NCBI RefSeq assembly: GCF_006345805.1
Contig: NC_043000.1
Span: 157,604,001 to 157,668,000 of the forward strand
Length of the DNA: 64,000 nt
Direction: 5' to 3'
DNA from: Octopus sinensis
Lineage: Eukaryota
The stretch's first letter is position 1. Every line of letters starts with the position of its first letter. Both the position numbers and the translations under genes were made by a program. Shown piece after piece: positions 27,425 through 39,500 of the stretch. The notes under the pieces are model-generated. The model had not been told where the DNA came from and ran no database searches. It worked only from the letters and a program-made list of their open reading frames with translations.

Positions 27425-27656
27425 AACATAACTTAGCCATTTTGAAACATATAAAGACCGTCAACGTCACTGAAACATTTATTTGTGATATTGTGTCAAA
27501 ATTGTCGTCGCTCGAAACTGCGACCTATTCACTAATATGTAGCTGCACATCTTTTTCTTAGCTAACAGGTTGCAGTTTCAAGCGATGACAAAATGTTACA
27601 AATAAATGTTTAAGTCAAACTGACTGTCTTAGTGTGTTTCTGAATGACTTATGTCT
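27425..27656. mobile_element. Palindromic MITE-like element (~100-bp imperfect arms, 40-bp spacer)
   Basis: 27473-27526 (aaacatttatttgt...ctcgaaactgcgacct) is inverted at 27567-27611 (aggttgcagtttcaagcg...acaaataaatgttt); the outer arms also align. Confidence 0.7.
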
Positions 27657-28059
27657 TCATACAGCATACGATCTCAGATCCAAACACTTGCTATGTAAGT
27701 ACATTACCGTAAATAGTATATGTTGCAGAGAAATAATGAAATTATCTTAACTAGTGAGGAAAGACTTTCTTTTTACACAGAGCCCCAAAATATTTGTGGT
27801 AATATGATTACATCAGAAGTAATTATAAACTACTGACTTCACCTCAAAACTCTAAAATTCAAATATTGAGGAGGGGTGGGAAGTCAAATCAACTGATTCT
27901 TACTCCCAAAATGTTACAAATTCGAAAGGATGAAAGGCACCGTTGGCTTCAGGGATCTGACAACTTGATGTAGTAACTGCTAGCTTATCCACCTGAATAT
28001 CCGTATCACCAGTCTGTTTCATTTGTGATAAATAGAATATGAAATGGCAGCAAGTAGAC

Positions 28060-28215
<156 letters not shown>

Positions 28216-28224
28216 CAACGTTAT

Positions 28225-28455
28225 CAGTTGCTGTAAGGTGTGATCTGGCAGAATTTTTAGCACGCCGGGTTAAATGCTTAGCGGTATTTCGTCTGCCACT
28301 ACCTTCTGAGTTCAAATTCCGCCGAGATCGTCTTTTGCTTACATCCCTTCGGGATACATAGATTAAGTGCCAATGAAACACTGGGGTCGATGTAATGGAC
28401 TAGATCCCTCCTACCAAAATTCAGGCCTTGTGCCTATAGTAGAAAGGATTATTAT
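28225..28455 (+). mobile_element. SINE family A variant with aggccttgtgcctatagtagaaaggattatt tail
   Basis: ctggcagaatttttagcacgccggg...gagttcaaattccgccgag...ctggggtcgatgtaa. Confidence 0.8.
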
Positions 28456-29185
28456 CAGTTGTAGTGATAGTAGTAGTAAACATAGTTGAAATAGGTAGCG
28501 AGCTGTCAGATTCGTTTTGGCATCTGATAGAGTGCCTTGCGGTATTTGTACCAGCTCAGTGACTTCTGATTTAAAACGCAGCCTAGTAAACCTGTGCTTG
28601 TCTTTCACCAGTTCAGGTTCAATACATAAATTTAGAGTAGCGGAGATAATTTGCAGTTTGGCTCCGATGCCTACAACGATATGGATATTAAGATTTATCG
28701 ATTTTGACTTTCCTTTGAAAAAAAAAAAACATTAGTGACTTGAATGGTTCAGGTTTTATGCTCTAGTATCGGATGGTCGTATAAAAAATCTGGCCCAGTT
28801 TATTGCTTTGGAAAAGAAGTTTACCGGTGAGGACTTATTAAGCATTAGAAAACAATAAAAAAATGGGCGAAAAACCGGTGGTAAAGCAAAACAGCCCGAA
28901 CAGTGTGGTTAGGAACTTTTTTCTCAGACAAGAGAAGCAATTGATTTAACTCCAACTCAGATGAAGAAATGAATTTCTAACTAGGTTACATTCACACTAA
29001 ATCATGTATATTTCTTGCACATCACCATACTGATTTCCAACCACTTGACCTTCAGGTCTTGATGGTGCTAACATCTTCGCCAAAAGAAAAAAAAATCAGA
29101 TTAAATAATATTAATCATCAAGCTAATGATTTTGTTTCTTCATTTGGTTTTAAATCTAATTCAAATTAATTAAAATTTCGGATTT

Positions 29186-29488
29186 GTTCAGTTCTATATT
29201 TAAGAGATGGGGAATTATGTACTTTATTTACATTATTTATATTCGACGGACATTTGTCCTCATCTTGTTTGTTGTTAACACAACGTTTCGGCTGTCATAC
29301 CCTCCAGCCTTCTTCAGGTATCTTGGGGAAATTTCGCACCTGGGTTCTCATTCCTAAGGTATATTTCGATGTTATTATTGTATTATTATTATTATTATTA
29401 TTATTATTGTTCAGGTCACTGCTTGGATCGAACCCGGAATCTTGGGGTTAGTCACCAGCGCTCTTAACCACTACGCCATATGCCCGTT
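29186..29488 (-). mobile_element. tRNA-headed SINE (family E) carrying a hammerhead ribozyme, with 10-bp TSD
   Basis: A-box TGGCGTAGTGG (29478-29468), B-box GGTTCGATCC (29434-29425), (AAT)n spacer, HHR at 29322-29277. Direct repeat TTTCGGATTT at 29176-29185 and 29489-29498. Confidence 0.85.
29277..29322 (-). ncRNA. Minimal type-I hammerhead ribozyme with intact core
   Basis: gatac-CTGAAGA-A-GGCTG gagggtatga CAGCC-GAAAC-GT-T-gtgtt: full CUGANGA/GAAA core, 5-bp helix II with G10.1-C11.1, palindromic ACGT helix III, H17=U, 5-bp helix I (2 GU pairs). Confidence 0.8.
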
Positions 29489-31306
29489 TTTCGGATTTAT
29501 TATCATTTGTCTTTGTCGTTAGTTGTTTCGTGTACACTTGTTTTCTCTTCTGTGCTGTAGTGTTAAACTTAATTAAATTAATATTTTTGTTCATTTCACG
29601 AGCTATATTTATTTACATGAACTTAACTATTTTGTCTCATTCAGATGGTGTCCTTTGCTAATTTCCCGATGGTTAAGGTGAACAAGTTTATCGTGATTTT
29701 TCTTAGCCTTAGAGATCAAACATTTTCAAGGCAGGATGAAACATTAATGTGTTTCAAACATAAATTAAAATGAGAACATGAAGGGAGGAAAGCTAAAATG
29801 CTCGAATACATTTAATCCAGTGCTTTAAGATTTCTACCAGATCATCTCTTTGTTGCAGTTGTTCTGAATTTAAATGGATTTAATTTGGATTAGAAATCGT
29901 GTAGCATATTTGGCACAAGAAGATATTATGCACAACTGTCCATTTGAATGTGGAATATATCGAGAGTTAAATGATTTAGTGATAAAGTAATAATATTGAT
30001 TGGAACTTAACAGTTAAACCTTTAGATGTTATTGGGATAGGGCGAACCACAGCACTGAGTCTGAATTCAACTACCCCTCAATCTTACTTTTTTACTGGGG
30101 CCCATTAAAATTTTCTATATGTAACGCTATCATCTGTCGAATCCTGTATACTGTATTTATGTATTGTCTTTCAGAAAGTTGAATAGGGTTTTGATAAACA
30201 AATAGATTTATTTACAGTTGGTCTAAATATAGATATTTAGTGTTTAGAAAAATACAACAAAGCAAAAAATCAAAACAAAAATAACAAAAAAACGAACAAA
30301 CAAACGAAAGAAAAAGAAAGTATAAAACAAAGAAAAAAACAAAAAAAAAACAAATAAAAACAGATAAATAAAAAACAAAGAAAAACAAAAATATAGATAT
30401 AGGCACGGCTGGTACACCTTGTTCTTTTCGATCATGAACAACAACAACAACAACAACGACGACAACAACTGTCCTCTGAGTGTGTAGGAAGCTGAATGAA
30501 GAAAGTAAAAATATAATCACAAGAAATGTCAACAGATTTTGTGCTGAATCTCGTATTATATATGCCACCTCGTAAAAACGATAGATATCTAAACTAAACT
30601 CACTTTTACAGAAGTGAACACTGCGAATGTGATTTCTTGTCGATACACTATATCCAGTTAACCCAACACCTTATGGTAGTAAGATGGTCAAGATGTGTTC
30701 TTTTTAAATACTATTCAGCTTTATAACCACTCCATTTAACTTCCACTGGAATATCTGAACACCGTTGTTGTATTCCATCTTCTACTCCATCGAATATTCA
30801 TAATATTTTCGAATACACAGAAGAGTTAACACGAAGCCAATGTTTCATTCATTTCCTAGATAAACATTAATAAAGGCTTTTATGTATATCACAACTTGAA
30901 ATAATCGAGTTCTCAGGGCTTTCATAAATATTAGTTTAAGAACCTAAGGGTGAAATATTCGTATCTGATGAGATAATTTCAAACAATCACACTTTCAACT
31001 ACATCCGTGAAAAAAGAAAAAAAAACAAAAAAACAAAAATTAAGCTACCTTAGCATGCCACAGGGAAAGTAATATTGTATAATGCAAAAAGAAATATTTC
31101 AGATTCAACATTCCGTTTTGTTTTCTAAGTTTCGTATTGGCCCACCACTAAAATATTTCTACCAAAGCATTTTTGAAGACATTATAATATTATTTAACAC
31201 CTTCAATAACGTTAACACATTTTGCTTTGTTTTCTTTTTTACCTATTTTCTTTATATCGAAGAAGTAACAGCTGAAATAGCTGTTACGAATTTTAAACTC
31301 CATTTG

Positions 31307-31650
31307 TCTTCTTCTTCTTCTTCTTCTTCTTCTTCTCTTCTTCTTCTTCTTCTTCTTCTTCTTCTCCTCCTCCTTCTTCCTCTCCTCCTCCTTCTTCCTC
31401 TTCTTCTTCTTCTTCTCTCCTCTTCTTCTTCTTCTTCTTCTTCTTCTTCTTCTTTTTCTTCTTCTTTTTCTTCTTCTGCTCCTCCTTCTTCTTCTTCTTC
31501 TTCTTCTTCTTCTTCTTCTTCTCCTCCTCCTCCTCCTCCTTCTTCTTCTTCTTCTTCTTCTTCTTCTCCTCCTCCTCCTTATTCTTCTTCTTCTTCTTTT
31601 CCTCTTCCTCCTCTTCGTCTTCTTCCTTCTCTCCTTTCCCTCCCCCTCTC
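31307..31650. repeat. (TCT)n/(CCT)n polypyrimidine trinucleotide array
   Basis: Direct reading. Confidence 0.97.
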
Positions 31651-33074
31651 TCTATAAATTCTTTATATTATGTGGTGTATGTGCATGTAAAACAACACAC
31701 GCACACACACACATATATGCACATCTATATATATTTATAAGGTGCTGACAGTGGCTTCGGTGACCAATAATGCCGATCAGTGTCGCCCTGGTCTTTCTCT
31801 CGGACAACGTTTGTTGCAAGACAAGCTGCGATTTGCGCACGCGGGCAACTATTTCACTTACGAAGGCCATTTGTTGATATATCTGTTTGTCAATTCATCT
31901 CTCTTTCTCTCTCCTCCTCCCTCTCCGTGTTTGTTAATCTATTTATCTACGCACAGCACAGATAATTACGTACTAATATGTATGTATGTGAATGCCTGTC
32001 TTTGCAGCTGTATGTATAAGTTATGATGTACGTTAAGTATTACGTCACTGGCTTTTACACAATAGACATAATAACACAAATTATAGTTATAATTTTTAAT
32101 ACTAGATTGTTTTAAATTATGTGTGTGTGTGTATGTGTGTATGTGTGTATGCGTGTTCATGTCTATGCGTAACGTCGCCATCAATTTCGATGTGTTGGCG
32201 TCATGTGAAGTGGCTGAGTAGATGTACTCAACGTAATACTTTGGCGAAATCCGCATGACCCACCTGTGAAAAAAGCTAGACTTTTGAATTACAGGCACAC
32301 CTCACGCGGTGGACTTCTATTCTGTTTCTGTCAACCCGGTTTTACTCACTAAGCTTCAGTTCATCAGACATTATTGTAAAACTGTTGGTTACTAGGGCGC
32401 GCTATACAATGATGTTCTAATACTTATTTATAACTACCAATAGCAATTAAATATCGGCAGCGATTTAAACGACTAAATACTATACTGAATCGTTGGAATG
32501 GTACCGCCTATTTAAAACGGGTTTCGTATAGAGAATGTAAAAGCGTATAAAAGTAAGTGGCAGAGAATTTTTATCTAGAATTATAATGATTCTAAGATTC
32601 AATGCTTTCGTTTCAAACATAATTTTTAAAGAGACAAAACACCTATTTGTAGAAACATATATATACGACAATAAAGAAACAGGGTAAAAGCAAAACAATG
32701 CATTTGTATGTGTGTGCGTGTGTGTGCGCGCGCTCTGTGAAAAGGGGGAAAAGAAAGAGAGATTCTATACAGAATATGTATAGAAGGAGTAGAATAATTA
32801 GAAGAGAAAGAGACGGAGAAAGAAGAGAGAGACACAAGTGAAACTTACACGATGTAGGTAAGTCTATTGTGGATGTATGCATTTGCAACCCTCCCTCTAG
32901 TAAAATTCAGAGAGCAGCAAGTTCTACAGAGGAGCTCGCGCCTTCTTTCAAATTCTTATACATTCCATAGACAATAAAAAAAACATAAGGTTTCTTTCCT
33001 GTGTAAACTACATAATGCATAATGCATAATGAATATATACATAAATGCACATGTGTACATGCATACGTATTAAG

Positions 33075-33091
33075 TGTATATACATACATAC

Positions 33092-33139
<48 letters not shown>

Positions 33140-33146
33140 ATATATA

Positions 33147-33191
<45 letters not shown>

Positions 33192-33350
33192 CATACATAC
33201 ATATATATATGTATATATATTTATATATATATATTTATAATACATACATCCATATTTGTGCATATGTCTGTCAGTATTTATATAGATACATATCTCTCTT
33301 TCTCTCTCTCTCTCTCTTTATATATATATATGTATGTATGTATGTATGTA
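33075..33350. repeat. (TA)n/(CATA)n/(TC)n compound array
   Basis: Direct reading. Confidence 0.9.
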
Positions 33351-33935
33351 AATGTGTATATACGTATGAATGTACATGCATCTGTGAAAAGGGAAAATAA
33401 AATACATACACAACATGAATAATTAAAATATGCAACAGAGGAGCTGTGGAATTGAATAGTAAATAGAATATGTACAGAAACTTTGAAAAGTAAAGCAGTG
33501 CGTTCCGTATACGCCTTAAAGAAATCCACCATTACCGAAACAAACAAAGCACGATACACACACAGACACAATTGCGCAAGCATACATACATGCATGCATA
33601 CATATATACATAAATAGATACATACATACATAAATAGATACATATATGCATGCATACATTCTTACATACATACCTACGTACATCAGTGTAATTTTCTATG
33701 ACTATACGTAAAATATATAGAGGAATACGATGGACATATATATTCATAGTATTCTAATGTCTTTACTTATACACAATATTAAAAAAAAATTAACACTTTC
33801 AAATACACGTGTAAATACAGACATATGTCTGTACGCATTCAAATATGTGTATGTATTTTTTGTGTATGTGTGTTGTTGCGCATATATACATATGTATATA
33901 TATATATATATATACATAATATATATATTATATAT

Positions 33936-33969
<34 letters not shown>

Positions 33970-34077
33970 ATATATATACTTCTAAGTGTGCTTGTATTAT
34001 GTACGTATATATGTATATATATGTGTGTGTATATCTGTATACATATTATTTATGTATATATATTATATATAAAATAC

Positions 34078-34111
<34 letters not shown>

Positions 34112-34113
34112 CT

Positions 34114-34161
<48 letters not shown>

Positions 34162-34402
34162 TATACATTAGCTTAGGTATAATAGAATTATACGTTACTC
34201 CGGGTACCCGGTAACAAAAGCTATAATTTAGTTGAAGATTAGAGATTTGTTAAAATGTATGAATGCTTTTGTTCGTTGTCAAACTTTGCATTGTTACATG
34301 GAGTTATTAACTCCACCCCCTCCTGCTCCTCCTCTCTCCTTTCTCTGTCTTGCTCCTCTTTCTCCCCATCTCCGTCACTGTGTGTGTCTGTGTGCATGTG
34401 TC

Positions 34403-34443
<41 letters not shown>

Positions 34444-34538
34444 AACATATGGCTGTATACGTGCGTATATATGTATACATACATGCATATATACATGCGT
34501 ACATGCATGCACATGTGCACATACACACACACACACAC

Positions 34539-34581
<43 letters not shown>

Positions 34582-35004
34582 GTGGTTAGAAAGTTCCATT
34601 TATGACCGTATTCTTGTGGGCGAGACGTTTTGTTGAACAAAAACCGATCATGTCTCGTTGCTTATGTTATGTGCAACTGAAAATGCACATATGTACATAA
34701 TGGCTGATGGAGTTCGATTTATGATGAATTGGAGTTTTTTTTTTATTTATCCGAAGAGAGTAATGTATTCTCGGCTACATACAGGCCATGGAGTTTTGGA
34801 AAAGATCCATTGTAACGAGGTTATTGGTTCCTTAAATACACGCGAGCGTGTCGAGTCACGTGCATACATACACACATGCGCGCGTGGCCAGATCCGTGCA
34901 CTCATAGGCACACACATATGCGTACATAATTATTCAAAATTATAGAATTGATTTAATAATGGTTTTTGATCACCAATTTTGAGGGGAAAATGTTAGTCGA
35001 TGCC

Positions 35005-35374
35005 ATTAGCCCTAAAAGAAATGGAGAAACTTTCAAAATACAAAGACATAGAAATGGAGGTAACCAGAATTTGGAATCTAAAAACAGAAACAATTCCTAT
35101 CATAGTAGGTGCATTAGGCATGATAAAAAAATATTTAGACAAATACATAACAAAAACACCAGGACTTACAAACACATATAACATACGTAAAATTGCACTA
35201 CTAGGCACTGCACACATCCTACGCAGAACACTTTCAATACAGTAACCATCAAAGCATCACAATAAATCACTGCACATACCCAAGGCACACAAAGCTGCGC
35301 TCGGTAGTGAAGTGAAAGAACACTATGAAAATAAAACTACTGAATAATAATAATAATAATAGTAATGATAATAA
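35005..35374 (+). mobile_element. 5'-truncated R4/Dong-clade LINE 3' end (RLE C-terminus, 3'UTR, TAA tail)
   Basis: LKEMEKLSKYKDIEMEVTRIWNLKTETIPIIVGALGMIKKYLDKYITKTPG...KIALLGTAHILRRTLSIQ* is the typical RLE endonuclease end; the 3'UTR ends in (TAA)n. Confidence 0.9.
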
Positions 35375-36196
35375 TTCAAAATGATATCTTTTGCTATCGT
35401 TTCCATAAATTACGCAATTACTGCTTTTCAGCACGATAGAAATCTTTTGTTACATGACACTCTTGGAGAGTGAGTATTTTGTAATCTCAAATTATTATGC
35501 TACGAATTCATTAGCAATGTGTATCTCATTAACTATGGAAGAAAATGCAGGACATAATCTATTATGCACTGAGCGTCTATATAATTTGTGATATATTAGG
35601 TTAATAAATTAAGGAACACGATCTCACAGATTATCTTTTAGAAATACAGTATTCAGCTTTATTATATTACTTCTGAAACAATTGTTTAGTATTTGAACGC
35701 AAATTTAATAAGGATATTACAGAGATATATATTTAGAGTTTGTCACTCGTGAGATAGCTATTCTATATTGTTCAATAAGAATGTGTGTTAGGAATGAAAG
35801 TCGAAGTTTCTTTTCTTTTGCTAATATGAAAAGGAGGGTGTATCACTATGCATCTATATTTATCGTATCTAGCTGAATAGGATTATTAATAGATTACAAT
35901 GTCGTTATATATATAAATAATATTATATATATATAATGTGAATAGAAAGATATAATCTTGTAGTAGATTATCAAATTTAATATATTATAGCAAAAATATA
36001 AATACGGTGTGGAGGTGTGTGCAACCGGCGTTGGTGCGGATAATTGAAATTAAACATTATGTATTATTATGTGTGTGTGGTGCATATTTGCTATATTTCG
36101 GTCATGCCTTTTGCTAAATAAACATACACACTATATATCGGTTCTTTACTTCAGCTTCATTATGTTTCTTGTTATTGTTCTTATTTTTGTGTCCTT

Positions 36197-36240
36197 TGCC
36201 TTGAGTCTTTCGTCACACTTCCTGTGACCTCTTCAGCGTA
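36197..36240 (-). ncRNA. Hammerhead-like motif, helix I not formed
   Basis: CTGAAGA-G-GTCACA ggaag TGTGAC-GAAA-GACT-C: canonical core and perfect 6-bp helix II, but the flanks do not pair. Confidence 0.45.
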
Positions 36241-36616
36241 TCTCCATCTCATGTGTCTGTGTTATCGCCTGTTGTGTTTGTCATTCTGTCTTTCTATGTA
36301 TGCATTTATATATATATATATATAGGGATGGTATCATTAAAATACCATCACAAGTGGTAAGCGAATTATCAGCCGTACAGGTAAATTAATAAAATATATA
36401 CATACAATATTAAATATGTACATATATACACAAGAGTACTACATGAGTACCTATGTCGCTAAAGATAGAAGTAAAAAAATACTTCTGTTCCACCGAATAG
36501 TCACAAATCTATTTCAGACAAGACAGGAAAAAATATCAGTGAACAATAATAATGTCTTACCTCAAATGGGTCAGAACAAGTAAATGCTGGTCAACTCGGT
36601 ACCAGTTTCGAAATTT

Positions 36617-36631
36617 AGCGCCACCTAGGGG
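36617..36631 (-). promoter_or_regulatory. CTCF-like motif
   Basis: CCCCTAGGTGGCGC matches CCASYAGRKGGCRS at 13 of 14 positions; no functional evidence. Confidence 0.35.
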
Positions 36632-36704
36632 CTAAATTTCGTATATATATATACGAATGTATGTGCATTTCTATCTATCTGTCTGTATCCACCCTCTCCC
36701 TCTC

Positions 36705-36784
<80 letters not shown>

Positions 36785-37694
36785 ATATACATATATAAAT
36801 TGTGTGTGTGCCTGTGTCTTTGTGACAGCGAATGTGTGTGTTTTGTATTAAAGACCTATTAAGAAGCAAGGGTGATTAAAATAAAGCTTTGTACATAGCA
36901 TTCAATATGCTTGTGTACAATCTAGCATATAAGGATCTTCACCATAATAACCTTCACCGGGAAAAAAATAGAAACTCTCCTTATTAACAATGCGTGTGGT
37001 AATACATCAGGTTAAGCTATGAATGATCGTATACGACTCTAGGTCAAATAAGTAAGTATCGTTACTCTTCATCAGTTACATCTAGGGAAATTATCGTTCG
37101 TAGCTCAATAAGAAATGCCGTTCTTATATGTAAACAGCAATCGATAAATTTGCTGGCGTGTGCAAAGCTCTGTCAAGCTGAAGTTAATTAATGCCATACT
37201 AAATAGCAATGATTATAATAATGTTGTGTACATTTCTACTTAAGACGTATGCGTACGCTCTAACAAAGTCTGAATCTATCTCTTTGAGAGACAAAGATAT
37301 AGGTAGACACTGAGAGGGAAGAGAGAAAAGACTGAAAAAGACAGGAACTGAAAATAAAAGTAAGGGATGGGGTGAGCGATATACTTATATATTCAATTTA
37401 TATATGCATTTATGCTGTCAGTATATTGTCAACCGAATATTTTAACAAATTTTAGAACACCTTTGATCTTAAAATAATGTTTGACGTTTGCTAATATCCG
37501 GACTGGTGCATAAATTTTCAGGCTTTGCTACCGCTGCCATTGTAGTCATTGCAGATATACTTTGTTATTTTTTTGTTGTGTTTTATTAGTGTTGCTATAG
37601 TTATTGTTTATTTTATGTTCTCGCCTAATTTAATACTAAGTCAATCGTTTCATTCATACTGACAAAATGATGGAGACACCCAAACTATATACGC

Positions 37695-37729
<35 letters not shown>

Positions 37730-38119
37730 CATAAATATGCACCGCAACACCGCTTTCTACTTACAGCTAGTAGCGTAAATATTAAGCGTATCATAAAAAA
37801 CCTACAAAAATGTATCTCTACCACCACCACCACAAAAAGAAAAAATAGTAAAAAAATATTGAAAGAAGATAAAGTAATGTAATTTATGAAGCAATGGCAT
37901 TTTGTAAAACAAAAGCAAAAGAAAACAAACAAACATGTATTTTAATATAAATACCATTGTGGTCTTTATTGAAACAACGAACAGGAAACGAAGGGCAGTC
38001 ATAGTGAAATAGGCCCATAAAAAAAAAAGACAAAGAAACAAACTCGAGACAGCGAGGGGCTCTTGAACGTCTATATGGTTGTTCAACTGACTGGAACTAG
38101 AGACCATATTTCATTCAAA

Positions 38120-39261
38120 CTGAATATATTCTTGTAGAAAAGAAATCTGTTACAATACAGAGGCCGATTGTCGTTCACAGCCAGAGATAAATGACGCGAT
38201 GACTACTTCTAAAATGTATTTGATAGGTGTGCAATAAAAATAACAAGACGTGCAAACCTCTAAGCGAACGTTTTACCTTCTAGTAATAGAAATAAAATCG
38301 CCATCAAATCACATTAGTGTATTGAAAATGATATATATTGGATAATGAAATAATAGAAAAACTATTTCTGAAATATCAATTACAATTTTTCCAAATTGTT
38401 TAATATAACAATTTAAAAATATTTTCCAAGAAACCACAAATATTATAAAATTTTTACTCGACATAAAATTAGATCGGGTTATTGTCTTAGCCGTAATATT
38501 GCACAACTTATAGCAGCACATAATGTTAAAATAATATCCAAATTTCACAAAAAATGATTACGATCGGAAAAGCGTAATAGATTTGAAGTATAGTAACGTC
38601 AACCACAATAAAGTAACTCAAATAGAAGGGAATACCAAGAAATTAAATGTCGTAGCAAGGGAAACACCCCAGTTTAACATAAATAATAACGTCAAATCGA
38701 ATAAAAATTCAGCTAGAAATTGAACAATGATAACATTATATGAAGAAGTAAATTGCTATAAAGAACTTTGTGGAAATGAATTTAATTCTACAATGAATGA
38801 TCAAATAAATTAAATCTGGGGGAAATATAAAAGGCTATCTTTGCAATTGTTCTAAACGGGCATCCTGTTATGTGGCAAATAAGTGTAAAACTAAAAATGT
38901 TATATATAGATGTATAGCTACATGTGAGGTTAAGGAATTCTTTTACATCGGTGGGACAACATTAATTTTTAAGAGGAAACTGGCAAATTATTTGAGTTCG
39001 TTTAAAGACAAAAATAAATTGTTCCAAATGAGTCTTAGCAAATTAATCTGATCTTTTCAGGACAGTAACGAGAACTATACGATTAAATTGGCATTAATTT
39101 CTATTGCAAAATCATACAGACATGGAACCAATAGATGTGACCTATGTTTAGAAGAATTTTACAGGATTTTCCCATCCAAGGGTAACCTAATAAATTCTAG
39201 ACAAGAGCAAGCATTGAGATGCTTGCACTCGAGGAAGGTCACATTTGCGAAGTATAAATGA
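38120..39261 (+). mobile_element. Decayed Penelope-like element: RT C-terminus, long linker, GIY-YIG endonuclease
   Basis: KYFPRNHKYYKIFTRHKIRSGYCLSRNIAQLIAAHNVKI (from 38417), then from 38842 CNCSKRASCYVANKCKTKNVIYRCIATCEVKEFFYIGGTTLIFKRKLANYLSSFK...SKLI*(W)...RCDLCLEE...INSRQE...CLHSRK...YK* ending at 39261. This matches the CNC..C..C / VIY-YIG / CxLCLxE / LNxRxE..C.H pattern of PLE endonucleases. 5' boundary is approximate. Confidence 0.88.
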
Positions 39262-39432
39262 ATGGTTATCATTTAAGCTATACAAAGTTTTGAAATGATG
39301 GACTGAAAATCATTATCCAATCAGAACTTGAAATAGATATTATTTGCGTTTGACTTAACGGACAACTTTAAATCATACAACGCATTGTTCATAAAAGAAA
39401 ATCATTAAACGGCCATACCGAAGGATATCAAA

Positions 39433-39500
39433 TTAAGACCCTGAAGAAACTGTACCGTTCTATAATAGGATGGTTGCAATTGTTACGTGTGTTGTCTTAA
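39433..39500 (+). ncRNA. Decayed hammerhead motif in the PLE 3' region
   Basis: ttaagac/gtcttaa helix I, CTGAAGA, 8-bp hairpin accgttct/aggatggt. GAAAC is replaced by GTTAC. Confidence 0.5.

Noticed and set aside
29400-29485. tRNA-like sequence (also 47322-47385, 7132-7200 and the SINE B heads)
   Set aside because: A/B boxes are present but I could not fold a cloverleaf with an acceptor stem, and each continues into a repeat body; these are SINE heads, not tRNA genes.
36561-36624. 64-nt minus-strand candidate exon with a strong AG|GTAAGA donor
   Set aside because: The acceptor lacks a pyrimidine tract and coincides with the palindrome/CTCF-like motif; the peptide is unrecognised.
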